This document shows positions 38,570 to 49,122 of a stretch of DNA of 64,000 bases, one piece after another. The position numbers and the translations under genes were made by a program. This DNA is from an uncultured Gemmatimonadales bacterium (GTDB lineage: Bacteria; Gemmatimonadota; Gemmatimonadetes; Gemmatimonadales; GWC2-71-9): assembly GCA_963846435.1 (NCBI GenBank), contig CAWJVX010000007.1:88817-152816 (forward strand), read 5' to 3'. Within the stretch, counting starts at the first letter, position 1; each line of letters begins with the position of its first letter. The notes beneath the pieces were generated by a model that did not search any database, was not told the origin of the DNA, and saw only the letters and a program-made list of their open reading frames with translations.

Positions 38570-38730
38570 GGTTCTCTCCGGATGGTGTTGTGAGTGGTCC
38601 TCGACAAGTAGTCGTTCGGCGGGCTCGGAATTCGACATGCCGTCCGAACCCCCCTATTGGGCCCGACGCGACCGTGCGGTTCGGCGTTTCACGGCCTCAC
38701 GCCAGGGATCACCTGGATTGCTTCGGCCGC

Positions 38731-38800
38731 TACCGCCGCTCCACCTACCGCCGCTTCATCTACCGCCGCTTACCTACCGCCGCTTCACCTACCGCCTGCC
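38731..38800. repeat. about 4.7 tandem copies of a 15-bp unit TACCGCCGCTTCACC
   Basis: taccgccgctccacc taccgccgcttcatc taccgccgcttacc taccgccgcttcacc taccgcctgcc. It overlaps the stop and last codons of the DPP-IV gene. Confidence 0.9.
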
Positions 38801-41055
38801 GGCAAGTTCTTCTCCAGGTAACTGGTGAGCAGCGAGAAAAGGTGCAGCCCGGTTCCCTCACCCTCGCAGATGCAGTGGGTGCGGTTGGGGTAGGTCATCA
38901 TGCTGAAGGGCCGGTTGGCGGTCACCAGCGCGTTCACCAGACGCTCGGTGGACGCATAGTGGACATTGTCGTCGCCCGAGCCATGCACCACCAGCAGGTT
39001 GCCCCGGAGCTTGTCGGCGTAGGTCAGGGCCGATCCTTCCCGGTAGTCGGCCGCGTTCTGTTGTGGCAACCCGAAGAACCGCTCCTGGTAGATGGTGTCG
39101 TACAGTCGGATGTCGGCCATCGGCGCTACGGCCATCCCGGTCTGGTACAGGTCGGGGTAACGGAACATGAGGTGCAGCGTCATCGAGCCGCCGCCGCTCC
39201 AGCCCCACACCCCGATGCGGGTGGAATCCACCCAGGGCCAGCTCCGCATGCTGCGCAGCGCGGCCGCCTGATCGCTCGATGTGACCGGGCCGACTTTCCG
39301 GTACACGACCTTCCGGAACGCCCGCCCCCTCGGCGCCGGAGTTCCCCGGTTGTCCAATGAAGCAACCACGTAGCCCCGCTGGGTGAGCATCAGGTGCCAG
39401 AGATAGTTCCCACCGCCCCAGAGGTCGAGTGCGGTCTGCGACGCCGGCTCGCCATAGACGTGAAAGAACACCGGGTAGCGCTTGGTGGAGTCGAAGTCGG
39501 CCGGCTTCATTACCCAGCCGTCGAGCTGAAGGCCGGAGCCGGCCTGAACCTTCACAAAATCGGCGGAGCCCCGCCGAAGCCGGGCGACGGCCGCCTTGAG
39601 CCGCTCATTTTTCACCAGGGTCCGTGCCACTTTGTGGTCCGGCAGGCTGACCACGTCGACGACCGGCGGGGTCCCGAATGACGAGTAGGAGTGAATTGCC
39701 CAGCGGCCGTCCCCAGAAATCCGGTAGAGGTGATACCCCGGCTGATTGTTGGGGGTGATGCGCTCGGCGTTCCCCTTTCCGTCCAGCCGGCTCCGGTAGA
39801 GATAAAGCTGGGTGGCGTTCTCCGGTGACGCGGTGTAGTAGATCCAGCCCTTCGCTGAGTCCACTCCAGCTACGAAGGGCTGGCCGGAGGCACCCCCCGG
39901 ATTGTGCAGGTCGAACGCTCCCTTGGTGACCAATCTCAGCTTCTTCCCGTCACGGGAGACCACGTACAGGTGCCGCCACCCGTCCCGCTCGCTGATCCAG
40001 GTGAAGCTCTTGCCTCCGTCCACCCAGCGGAGGTCGTTGACCACGTCGGTCCAGGCGCTGTCGCGCTCGACCAGTACGCTGCGCACCCGGCCGGTGCCCG
40101 CATCGCCCAGCATCACGTCGTTAGTGTTCTGCAGCCGGTTGAGGTGTTGGAGCACGACCTCGTCCGAGCTGGCCGCCCATTCCATCCGGGCGATGTAGTT
40201 ATTCCGCGGGTCTCCGGGCACCTGGAGCCAGACGGTACTTCCCCCTTCGGCGCCCACCACCCCTACCCGGCCGGCCGAGTTGGTGGTGCCGGTCTTGGGA
40301 TATTGCACCGGGACGGTGAACGAGTAGAGCGAGTCGGTGTCGTTGATCAGGAGGAAGTCGCGCACGCCGGAGGCATCGAGCTGCCAGTAGGCGATGCGCC
40401 GGCCGTCGGGGCTCCAGCGGAACCCGTCACGCAGGCTCAGCTCTTCCTCGTATACCCAGTCGAAGGTGCCGTTGATGGTGGTGCGGGAGCCATCCCGGGT
40501 CAGCTGGGTAATGCGGCCGTCGCCGAGATTCTCCACGTACAGATTGTTCTCCCTGACGTAGGCCACGCGGCGGCCGTCGGGTGCGAACTTGGCGAACATC
40601 AGCGTCGAAGGCTTGGCGCCGGTGCCACCCAGCTGATGGAGCCGGCCGCCGGCGAGGTCCAGGACCCAGAAGTCTCCCCGGGTGTTCAGCCGCCACACCT
40701 TCTTGGAATTGGTGAACACCAGCAGCACCTTGCCATCGGGCGATACGGTGTAATCCTCCACCGACAGCGGAACCGAGTCGCCCTGGGGGACCAGCCGGCT
40801 CGCCGGAACCCACACCTCACGCTTGCCGGTAGCCGCATCGTAGCGCACCAGCGACTCGCCTCCGGGACTGGCGCTGTCGGCCTCGAGCTTGACGTAGGCC
40901 GCCGCATTGTCCAGCCAGCGGACCGGGCCCAGCCGCTGGGGAGTGAACTCCTCCGAGTTAAAGATCCGGTCGAGCGAGAGCAGCGAGGAGTCGGCCTCCT
41001 GTGCCGACGCCGCCGAAGCCAGCAGGCAGCAGAGTGCCAGGGCCTTATTCCACAC
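38785..41055 (-). CDS. dipeptidyl-peptidase IV / S9B family serine peptidase
   Basis: 756 aa. N-terminal beta-propeller part (RWSPDGRRIAYWQLD). Catalytic GWSGGGSM, later GSGDDNVH. Confidence 0.9.
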   Translation of the reverse strand: MWNKALALCCLLASAASAQEADSSLLSLDRIFNSEEFTPQRLGPVRWLDNAAAYVKLEADSASPGGESLVRYDAATGKREVWVPASRLVPQGDSVPLSVEDYTVSPDGKVLLVFTNSKKVWRLNTRGDFWVLDLAGGRLHQLGGTGAKPSTLMFAKFAPDGRRVAYVRENNLYVENLGDGRITQLTRDGSRTTINGTFDWVYEEELSLRDGFRWSPDGRRIAYWQLDASGVRDFLLINDTDSLYSFTVPVQYPKTGTTNSAGRVGVVGAEGGSTVWLQVPGDPRNNYIARMEWAASSDEVVLQHLNRLQNTNDVMLGDAGTGRVRSVLVERDSAWTDVVNDLRWVDGGKSFTWISERDGWRHLYVVSRDGKKLRLVTKGAFDLHNPGGASGQPFVAGVDSAKGWIYYTASPENATQLYLYRSRLDGKGNAERITPNNQPGYHLYRISGDGRWAIHSYSSFGTPPVVDVVSLPDHKVARTLVKNERLKAAVARLRRGSADFVKVQAGSGLQLDGWVMKPADFDSTKRYPVFFHVYGEPASQTALDLWGGGNYLWHLMLTQRGYVVASLDNRGTPAPRGRAFRKVVYRKVGPVTSSDQAAALRSMRSWPWVDSTRIGVWGWSGGGSMTLHLMFRYPDLYQTGMAVAPMADIRLYDTIYQERFFGLPQQNAADYREGSALTYADKLRGNLLVVHGSGDDNVHYASTERLVNALVTANRPFSMMTYPNRTHCICEGEGTGLHLFSLLTSYLEKNLPAGGR

Positions 41056-41081
41056 AGTTCCTCCCGGTGAATGCTTGCTGG

Positions 41082-41897
41082 TCAGGAATCGAAGGATTCG
41101 TTGATCTCGCTGAACGGGATGGCACGAGCCAGGCCCTTGAAGGTCCCGTGCTCGGCGATCTCCCGGGCCGCGCCGAGGAAACCGGTCCAGGCCGCACGGG
41201 CCAGCGCGCCGCCGACGCTGATCCGCCTGACTCCCGCGTCGGCCAGCTCCGCCACGCTGGTGAAGTCGCTTCCTACGAGCACATTGACGGGCTTGGGAGC
41301 GACCGCCTTCACCACCGCGACGATCTCGTCTTCGCGGCGGATCCCCGGGGCGTAGAGACAGTCGGCGCCGGCCTCCGCGTACGCGATCAGCCGGCGAATC
41401 GTTTCATCGAGGTCGGGGCGACCCACGATGAAGCCTTCGGACCGGCCGGTGAGCACGATGCCGGTCTGGCTTTGGTCGATGGCCTGCCGGGCGGCATGCA
41501 CCCGCTCGACGGCGAGGCCGAAATCAAACAGCGGGCGGGAGGAATCGCCGGTGGAGTCTTCGATCGAGAGGCCGGCGACTCCGGTGGCCGTGGCTGCCGT
41601 AAAGTTTGCCGCGACCCCCTCGGGCTCGACCGCGAAGCCGCCCTCGAAGTCGCCGTTGACCGGCAGCTCGACTCCGCCGGCGATCGCCCGCATGTGCCCC
41701 AGGGCCTCCTCCAGGGATACGCGGTTGTCGCGCCGGCCGACGGACCAGGCAAAGCCGGAGCTGGTAGTGGCCAGCGCGGGGAAGCCGAGCCCGGCCAGCA
41801 CGCGGGCGCTGCCCAGGTCCCAGGGGTTGGGCATGACGAAACAGCCGGATTGGTGCAGCCGGCGAAACCCTCGGCTGCGATCGGAGAGGTTGGACAT
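41082..41897 (-). CDS. isocitrate lyase / PEP mutase family protein (2-methylisocitrate lyase-like)
   Basis: FVMPNPWDLGSARVLAGLGFPALATTSSGFAWS...GLSIEDS... Confidence 0.8.
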   Translation of the reverse strand: MSNLSDRSRGFRRLHQSGCFVMPNPWDLGSARVLAGLGFPALATTSSGFAWSVGRRDNRVSLEEALGHMRAIAGGVELPVNGDFEGGFAVEPEGVAANFTAATATGVAGLSIEDSTGDSSRPLFDFGLAVERVHAARQAIDQSQTGIVLTGRSEGFIVGRPDLDETIRRLIAYAEAGADCLYAPGIRREDEIVAVVKAVAPKPVNVLVGSDFTSVAELADAGVRRISVGGALARAAWTGFLGAAREIAEHGTFKGLARAIPFSEINESFDS

Positions 41898-41912
41898 CGA
41901 AGACGCTTCAGC

Positions 41913-42239
41913 TCAATACGGGGTACGCCGGAAGGCTCGTAGCCTCGCCTCCAGATCGGGCGGCTCGGTTCCCACGATCCGCCCCACGGGGTCCACATAG
42001 ATACGCACCGCGGCGGCCCCGGGAATCCGGGTGGGCGCAAAGGCGAAGCGCCATACCGGCGGGTGCTCTCGAAGATCGGACAGCCCGTGCCACTGAACGC
42101 TGGTGGACTGAGTCCCCATCTGGGGCGGTGGGGAGCCCAGCAACGTGCCGACGCTGTTATACGCGATGGCCCAGGAAGCCCCGCTCACCAGCAGCCCCAC
42201 GAAGGCGGCCACCAGAAGAAACCAGAACAAGCGTGCCAT
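41913..42239 (-). CDS. hypothetical membrane-anchored protein
   Basis: N-terminal TM LFWFLLVAAFVGLLVSGASWAIA. No family recognised. Confidence 0.5.
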   Translation of the reverse strand: MARLFWFLLVAAFVGLLVSGASWAIAYNSVGTLLGSPPPQMGTQSTSVQWHGLSDLREHPPVWRFAFAPTRIPGAAAVRIYVDPVGRIVGTEPPDLEARLRAFRRTPY

Positions 42240-42384
42240 GTGGCCTCCTGTTGAACGGGTGCACGGCTCGTCAGGGTCTTACCGATGCCTGGAATACTAC
42301 CACCTTGCGAAACCTCGACCATCACAGGACCGTACTGGCGGGCGGTCCGACTCGCTCGATTCTCTCCACCGGGACATCTCATTC

Positions 42385-43215
42385 ATGACCAACGCCGCTG
42401 GATTGTTCTCTTCCCTCATCCTGCTATTGGCGGGCCAACCTGGCCCGGTGCCAGCCGGGATAACGCAGGAGCCGGTGGACACCATGGTCCGGGTAGGCGG
42501 CCACGGGCTGCACTTCGTCTTGTACCGGGGCAGGGTGCCGGTAACGATCCTGCTCGAGGCAGGCGGAGGGTCGGATCTGACTTCGTGGGCCGGTGTGCCC
42601 CAGATGCTGGCCCATGAGACCGGGGCGACGGTAGTGGCCTACGATCGTGCGGGACTGGGTGGCAGTGAGCTCGGATCCGCCGAGAGCCGGCCGGATGACG
42701 AGATCCGGCACCTGCATGCCGCACTGAGTGGTCTGAAGGTGCCGAAGACGACGATTCTGGTTGCTCATTCCTACGGCGCGATGCTCGCGCTGCTGAATGC
42801 GGGTCGGCATCCGAAGAAGGTGACTGGGCTGGTGCTGGTGGATCCCATGAATACCCGGTTCATCAAAGCCACGGGTGATTTCATCTATTCCACGGTCCCC
42901 AAGATTGAACGCCCCTCGAATAACCGAGAGCGAACCGTAGTCCGCATGGTTGCGACCTTCCCCGGCCTGATCGAAGTGGTAGACCGGCTGGAGCCTGGCT
43001 TGAGCCAGCCCATGGTCGTGATCACGGCCGGCAAGCCGTGGTGGGGGAAACCGGACATAGACAGCGCCTGGCGGCGCAGTCATGAAGCTCTCGTCGCCGC
43101 GAGGGAGCAGCGCCGCCTGGTGGTGGCTGAAGGTGCCGATCACGGGGTACCGGAGCAACGGCCCGAGGTAATCGTGACCGCCGTTCAGGAGCTATTGAAG
43201 CTGGCGCGCAAATGA
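42385..43215 (+). CDS. secreted alpha/beta hydrolase
   Basis: Signal-like MTNAAGLFSSLILLLAG. Nucleophile elbow VAHSYGAM. C-terminal GADHGVP. Confidence 0.75.
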   Translation: MTNAAGLFSSLILLLAGQPGPVPAGITQEPVDTMVRVGGHGLHFVLYRGRVPVTILLEAGGGSDLTSWAGVPQMLAHETGATVVAYDRAGLGGSELGSAESRPDDEIRHLHAALSGLKVPKTTILVAHSYGAMLALLNAGRHPKKVTGLVLVDPMNTRFIKATGDFIYSTVPKIERPSNNRERTVVRMVATFPGLIEVVDRLEPGLSQPMVVITAGKPWWGKPDIDSAWRRSHEALVAAREQRRLVVAEGADHGVPEQRPEVIVTAVQELLKLARK

Positions 43216-43217
43216 AG

Positions 43218-43946
43218 TCAGCGCGGGTCCGCCTGTCCCGCCTCATGTAGCGCAGTGGGGAACGCGGTCGGGCTCAGATCCACCGGTGCCGTCACCTCCA
43301 GCACCTCGTCGGTCGCCACCACGAACGCCCGGTCTGCCGGGGCCGGGGTGCACCGCACCGAATCCGGTGAAGCTGCCGAAGGCGGGGATGATCATGCCCC
43401 GCGCTTCCGATCAGAAAGCAGGGCAGGGTTTCCCGCTGGAGCCCGCGTCCCACCAGGGTGAGCCCGGGATGCACGTGCCCCGCCAGGCCATACGCGTCGT
43501 CGGCGTCCACCGGCTCGTGCCGGAAGATGAACGGCGGCACGAACGCCGGGGCGTTGACGCAGTTGATCTGGAGATCGTTGGGCGGGTCGCCGGCGTGGCG
43601 GTCGTGGTTGCCGCGAACGAGGAGGATCTCGAACGGTGCCGGCCAGGCTCCGCCACCGGCGCAGCTCCGCCAGCGTATGGGAGGCGATCCGGCCCGCCTT
43701 GGCGTGGAACAGATCTCCCAGCACCACCATCCGCCGGGCGCCGGTCCGCTGGAGGGCGCTGTCGAGCCGGGCCAGATCATCGCTCGTGGTACCGATCGGG
43801 ATCGGGATCCCCGCCGCGCGGAAGGTGGACGCCTTGCCCCAGTGCAGGTCGGCCACGACCAGCGTGCTGGTGCCGGGCCAGTACAGCGCGCGCTCGCTCA
43901 GGAGGTAGACCTGCTCGCCCGCCAACGTCAGACATACATCGGTCAT
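43218..43946 (-). pseudogene. pdeM: ligase-associated metallophosphoesterase PdeM, three frame breaks
   Basis: VVADLHWGK, VLGDLFH, VRGNHD, GHVHP, LPAFG-like IIPAFGSFTG, spread over phases 2, 1, 0, 2. ATG 43946 overlaps the helicase stop (ATGA). Confidence 0.78.
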
Positions 43947-46635
43947 CGAAATCCTCTGCCACGTCCGCTGCCGAATCGTGATGCGACCAGTGTCGGCGTC
44001 CGCCGCCCGCTCCAGCGGTGCCGCCAGCCGCCGCACCCGATCGAGAAACTTCTCCGAGCTCACCTGCTCCCGCGCCCGATCCACCAGCAACCCGAACGCG
44101 AGCGGGTGTCGGGCGCTCGACCTCGCTGATGGTGACCGTGCCGGCCGCGATCCGCTCCAGGGTGCGTCCCAGCCGGCTCCGCTCGAGCTGCCGCTCCAGC
44201 ACCTCACGGTGCGCCTGAAACAGCAGCAGGTTCTCCGGGTCGTAGCGGGCGAACACGTCGTACAGCAGTCCGCTCGAGGCCTGGACCTGCTTGACGCTCT
44301 TGTTGCTGCCAGGATACCCCTGGAAGATAAGCCCGGCCACCCGCGCGATCTCCCGAAACTGCCGGCGGGCCAGCTCGGCCGCATTCAGGCTGGCCGGAAT
44401 GTCGTGCAGCAGGTTGTCAGGGGAGACCAGTCCCGCCTCGAGCGCCTCTTCCAGCGGTGCTGGGTCGGGCGACAGCAGCTCGAAGCCGTAGTCGTTCGCG
44501 GCCAGGGTGAAGGTGATCGGGCCGATCTGCGCCAGCCGGTAGGCGAAGAGCGCCGCCATCCCCTCGTGAACCAGCCTTCCTTCGACCGGATAGAAGAAGA
44601 GATGGTGACCCTCGCGGGTGCGAACCCGCTCGATGAGCAGCTCGTCCGGTGCCGGCAGCCGTGACCACTTGGCCTGCAGCTCCAGGATCGGCCGGACTGC
44701 CTCCATCTCCGGCGCCCTGGAACATACCTCGCCGGGCCTCGATCGAGCTTGACGCGCACCGCGGCGGCGAGCTCGGGTGAGAGGGCCAGCCGGGCCCCGG
44801 TCCAGTGGGGGACCACCGAGGTGGGCTCGGTGGCCTTCCGTGACCCACGCCGTCATGTCCCGAACCCGCACGAACTTGAGGGTCCGGCCCGCGAAGGTGA
44901 ACACATCGCCGGGCCGGAGCCGGGCGATGAAGTTCTCCTCGACCGTCCCGATGGTCTTTCCCCGCACGAAGCTCACCTTCATCGCGGCTTCGCTCACGAT
45001 GGTGCCGATCGACATCCGGTGCCGCATGGCCGCCATCCGGTCGCGGATCACGTAGAGACCGTCGCGCTCGACCACCTTGTTGTACTCGGGATAGGCGCCG
45101 AGCGCCTGCCCGCCGCGAGTGATGAAGTCCATGCACCCAGCGCCACTCGCCGTCGGTCAGGTCCCGGAACGCACGCGTCGTTCGCACTTCGGCCAGCAGC
45201 TCGTCGGGGCGGAAGCCGCCGCCCACCGCGATGCGTGACCGCGTGCTGGGCCAGCAGGTCGAGCGGCTGCTCGACCGGAGGCCGGGACTCGATGGCGCCG
45301 TCGGCGAGCGCATGCCGCGCGGCGGCAACGTCCAGCAGCTCCAGCGCGTTGGTGGGGACACAGGTGAGCCGGCTGACGGCGCCGGGCTGGTGGCCGCTCC
45401 GTCCGGCACGCTGGATCAGGCGGCCCACTGCCTTGGGGCTCCCCACCTGGAGCACGCGGTCCACCGGGGTGAAGTCCACACCGAGATCGAGCGTGGAGGT
45501 GCAGACGACGCAGCGCAGGCGCCCGTCGCGGATTCCGTCTTCCACCCACTCACGGGTCGCCGCGGTCCATGGAGCCGTGGTGCAGCGCGATCACGCCGGC
45601 CCAGTCGGGGCAGGCGGCGAGCAGCGCCTGAAACCAGATCTCCGCCGTGGCGCGGGTGTTGGTGAACACCAGCGTGGTCTTGCCCTCCTCGATGGCGCGT
45701 ACCACCTCGGGCACCATGCGGAGGCCGATCTGCCCCGACCAGGGGAACCGCTCGATGGTCTCCGGGATCAGCGAGTCCACCTCCAGTGCCTTGGGCACCA
45801 GCCCGCGGACGATGCGGCCCGGGCGTTCGTAGCCTGGTCGGCAGTGATGCCCAGCAGGGTGTCGCGTGCCATCTCGAGATTGCCGAGCGTGGCGGAGAGC
45901 CCCCAGGTGCGAAGCGTGGGCCGCCACCGGCGGAGCCGGGCCAGCGCCAGCTCGGTCTGCACCCCGCGCTTCGAGGCCATGAGCTCGTGCCACTCGTCCA
46001 CCACGACGAGCTCGAGGTCCTCGAAGAGCGTTGGCGCGTCGGTGCGGGTGAGCAGCAGCGCGAGGCTCTCCGGGGTGGTGACGAGTGCGGTGGGGAGGCG
46101 CTTGCTCTGGCGGGCCCGAATCCGTGGCGCCGTGTCGCCGGTGCGGGACTCCACGGTCCACGGGAGGCCGAGATCTTCTACCGGCGCGCAGGAGTGCAGC
46201 CTCCGTGTCTGCCGCGAATGCTCGCAAGGGAGTAATCCAAAGGACTCGGAGCGGTGCTGGCCCGGTGCGCTTCCCCGCCTCGCCGCGTACCCGCGTACCC
46301 GCTGGGTAGTCTCGCAGCCACTCCAAGATGGGCCCCATCAAGGCGGCGTAGGTCTTGCCCGTGCCGGTGGCGGCGTGGATCAGCCCGCTCTCGCCCGCGA
46401 GGTATGCCCGCCAGACCTCTTCCTGGAATGGAAACGGCTCCCAGCCCTCGGCGGCGAACCATTCGCGGACGCAGTCGAGCGGCTCGCGGCCGGCGCAGTC
46501 GATTCGGCGGACGGGCCGCTCAGCGACACGGGGCTGGTCGGGCTGCGCCGCCTTCTCTGCCCGCTTCTTCGCCGCGCGGGCGCGCCGGAGATCGACGGCG
46601 AGTGCGGAGCCACCACCGCTTCGCCTGTCATTCAC
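43943..46635 (-). pseudogene. lhr: ligase-associated DEXH-box (Lhr-type) helicase, at least nine frame breaks; start uncertain
   Basis: GLIHAATGTGKTYAA (motif I), [10 protein letters not shown] (II), GLSATLGN (III), [30 protein letters not shown] (VI), plus a long Lhr-type C-terminal domain, recovered from ORFs 45550..47463, 45768..46154, 45048..45545, 44417..45409, 43777..45132, 44385..44816 and 43392..44384. GTG 46635 is one possible start, but the frame is open from the upstream MBL ORF. Confidence 0.85.
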
Positions 46636-47463
46636 TTGCGCAGTGCTCAGCCCGTCATTGGTGATCGCGGCGATGTAGCGGTCGGCCGAGTAGCAGAGCA
46701 CCTGCTTCGCGTTGCTGAGGATATTCTGCCCGAACCACGCCCCATAGATCTGGTCGAACTCGTATGGCTCGACTGCGGCCGTGATCTCGCGGACCGTCCG
46801 GGCGTTCACGGGGATGTAGTTCGGATAGCTGTACATGAAGCTCACGGTCTTACGGTCCTGACCTACCTGGATCACATCCCCACTCAGCAGCGCGCCTTTG
46901 CCGCCGGCGCCCCCGGCCCAATGCAGCACCGTGCCGCCAGGGAAGTGCCCGCCGCAGCGAATGAGCGTGAGGCCAGCCGCGAGCTCGTGGGTCTCGCCCT
47001 GCCAGAAGACAATGGCCGGATGGGGACGCATGACCCACTCGCCGTCGGCCGCATGGAGATAGACCGGCACGTCGCCCAGTGCCCGGCTCCATTCGATCAT
47101 GGCGGAGTAGTAGTGCGGGTGCGAGATGGCGATGGCCGAGACGCCGCCGAGTGCCTGGATGGCGTTGACGCTGCGGTCGTCGATCAGGGAAATGCAGTCC
47201 CAGAGGATGTTGCCACCGGCGCCACGGACGTGGAGCGCGCGTTGGCCGATGGCGAACTTCGGCTCGGTGGCGACACTGATCAGCTCCGGGCCCTCGACGT
47301 CCAGCTGGTTCTTATAGGTGCCCTGCATCTCCTTCAGCGTGGTCCACCGCTGTCCCTCCCGCCCGACGTACTGCCGCTCGTCCTCGCAGACGGCGCAATG
47401 CTCGGGTGGAGCAGGGGAGTCGGCGTACTGAACGCCACAGGTGGTGCAGATGAATTTTGGCAC
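46636..47463 (-). CDS. zinc-ribbon plus atypical metallo-beta-lactamase-fold protein, uninterrupted and in frame with the helicase
   Basis: GTG start. MPKFICTTCGVQY...HCAVCEDERQY (CxxC...CxxC). MBL-like core with AIAISHPHYYS in place of the canonical HxHxDH. There is no stop before the helicase N-terminus. Confidence 0.7.
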
Positions 47464-47470
47464 GTTAAAA

Positions 47471-47544
47471 AGTAAGAGGTGAGAGGTAAGAAGTGAGAGG
47501 GAAGGCTGTCACCTAACCGCTCGCGCTTTTCAATAGCCCTCTCA
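47471..47544. repeat. GTGAGAGG / GTAAGAA short-period repeat with an inverted copy CCCTCTCAC across the ligase 3' end
   Basis: agtaagaggtgagaggtaagaagtgagaggg ... ccctctcac, read directly. Confidence 0.8.
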
Positions 47545-49122
47545 CCATTTCGATGGTATCCGCCTCCTCCGCCTTCTTGTCGGTCCGCCACCGCGCCATC
47601 CGCGGGAAACCGCACCGCGATGCCCGACTTGTGCCGGCTGGAGCGCTGGATCCCCTCGAAGGCGAGCTCGAAGACCAGCTCCGGCTTCACGGTGCGCACC
47701 GGGCCGAACTTCTCCAGCGTGTTCCGCCGGACGAAGGCATCCACCTTCCGGATCTCCTCGTCGGTGAGCCCGGATACGCCTTGGCGAACGGCACCAGGTG
47801 ATCTCCCTCCCAGATGCCGAAGGTGTAGTCGGTGAAGAGTCCGGCGCGCTTGCCGCTGCCGGGCTGGGCGTAGATGAGCACCGCATCCACGCGTGAGCGG
47901 ATCCACCTTCCACTTCCACCAGTCGCCTCGGCTGCGGCCCACCCCGTAGCCGGACGACAGCCGCTTGAGCATCAGCCCCTCGGCGCCGACCTCGCGCGCC
48001 TCTCGGCGGGCCGTCGGCGGCCGCGTCCCAGTCCGCTACCGGCACCGCGGTCGAGAGCATCACCGGCTCCGGCGGGCACCGACTCCGAGCAGTGCGGCCA
48101 GACGCTGCGCCGCCGCTCGCTGCAGCGGAAGCGAGCGGATGTCGGTTCCCGCGTCCTCCAGCAGATCGTAGGCGACCAGCACCACCGGGACCTCATCCAG
48201 GATCTTTCGTCCCAGGTTCTTGCGTCCGATGCGTCGCTGCAGCTGGGCAAAGGGCAGCGGCGCTCCATCGACCCAGGGAAGCAGCTCCCCATCGATCACG
48301 GTGCCGTCCGGCAGCAGCGCGCCGGCCTCCTCCACCTCGGGAAACCGGCCCGGCCAGAAGCTCCTCCCCTCGCGACCAGAGGAAGGTCCGCCCCGCGCGA
48401 CGGATCAGCTGGGCCCGGATGCCGTCCCACTTCCATTCGGCGATCCAATCGCCGGCATCGCCCAGAGTCGCGGGCTCTGTCCTCCAGCGGATGGGCCAGG
48501 AAGAACGGATAGGGCCGGCTGACGTCGGCGTCGCTGGTGTCCGCTGCGGTCAGCCGCTGGAAGAACTCGGGGTGGGATCCCAGGCGCCCATGAGCCGGTG
48601 GGCGACGCACGCCTTCGGGTACACCGCTCACCTCGGCCAGAGCCCGCGAATCACCAGCTGCTGGGAGGCGCCGACCCGGAAGCTGCCGGTGATGAGCTTG
48701 TTCCACACGAACCGCTCCGCGGCTGTCCAGCTCGCGCCAGGCGCTCGACCATCATCTCGCGCTGGACGTCCTCGTCCTCACCCCGGAGGCGCAGCAGACG
48801 CTCTTCCACCCAGTGCGCCAGCGGGAGCTCGCTGGAGGTTCCGCTCGGCCGGAAGCAGCAGCGTGATCGTCTCCGCCAGGTCGCCGACGGCGTGGTAGCT
48901 CTCCTCGAACAGCCAGGCGGGAATGCCCGCCTCCTCGGCGGCCCAGGCCGGAGCCTTCCGAGCGAGACCAGCCGCTTGGGCCGGCGGCCGATCAGGAAGT
49001 GGACCGCCCAGGCGGCGTCGGCGGGCGGCGCGCTGCGAAAGTACTCGACCAGCGCGGCCACCTTCTCGTTGGTGGCGGTGGTTTCGTCCAGTGCGGTATA
49101 GAGCCGGGCGAAAGCTCTTCAT
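47513..49122 (-). pseudogene. ATP-dependent DNA ligase (ligase-associated damage response type), roughly ten frame breaks
   Basis: [64 protein letters not shown], my translation [19 protein letters not shown] (KxDG adenylation motif, around 48400-48456), [18 protein letters not shown], ...GIAVRFPRMARWRTDKKAEEADTIEMV at the end. The pieces lie in all three frames. Confidence 0.82.

Noticed and set aside
38731-38800. Possible CRISPR array.
   Set aside because: The 15-bp units are directly adjacent with no spacers. There are only about 5 copies and no cas genes in the window.
43946-44384. Apparent in-frame fusion of the helicase C-terminus to PdeM in ORF 43392..44384.
   Set aside because: In the adjacent frame a TGA overlaps the pdeM ATG (ATGA at 43943-43946), the usual operon junction. 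The apparent fusion is therefore best explained by one more frame break just upstream.
44749-47475. 908-aa ORF on the plus strand. Similar long antisense ORFs: 16748..18130 (-), 21966..22946 (-), 24335..25762 (-), 39904..41070 (+), 60932..62248 (-).
   Set aside because: Each lies opposite a gene with clear family motifs. The translations are Arg/Gly/Pro/Ala-rich low-complexity sequence, typical of stop-poor antisense frames in high-GC DNA. No motifs were recognised.
47464-47512. The idea that all short-period repeats serve as multi-frame stop-codon traps for the upstream gene.
   Set aside because: Here the stop triplets are on the plus strand while both flanking genes are on the minus strand. 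The hypothesis cannot be general, so I kept it only as one option in the repeat finding.
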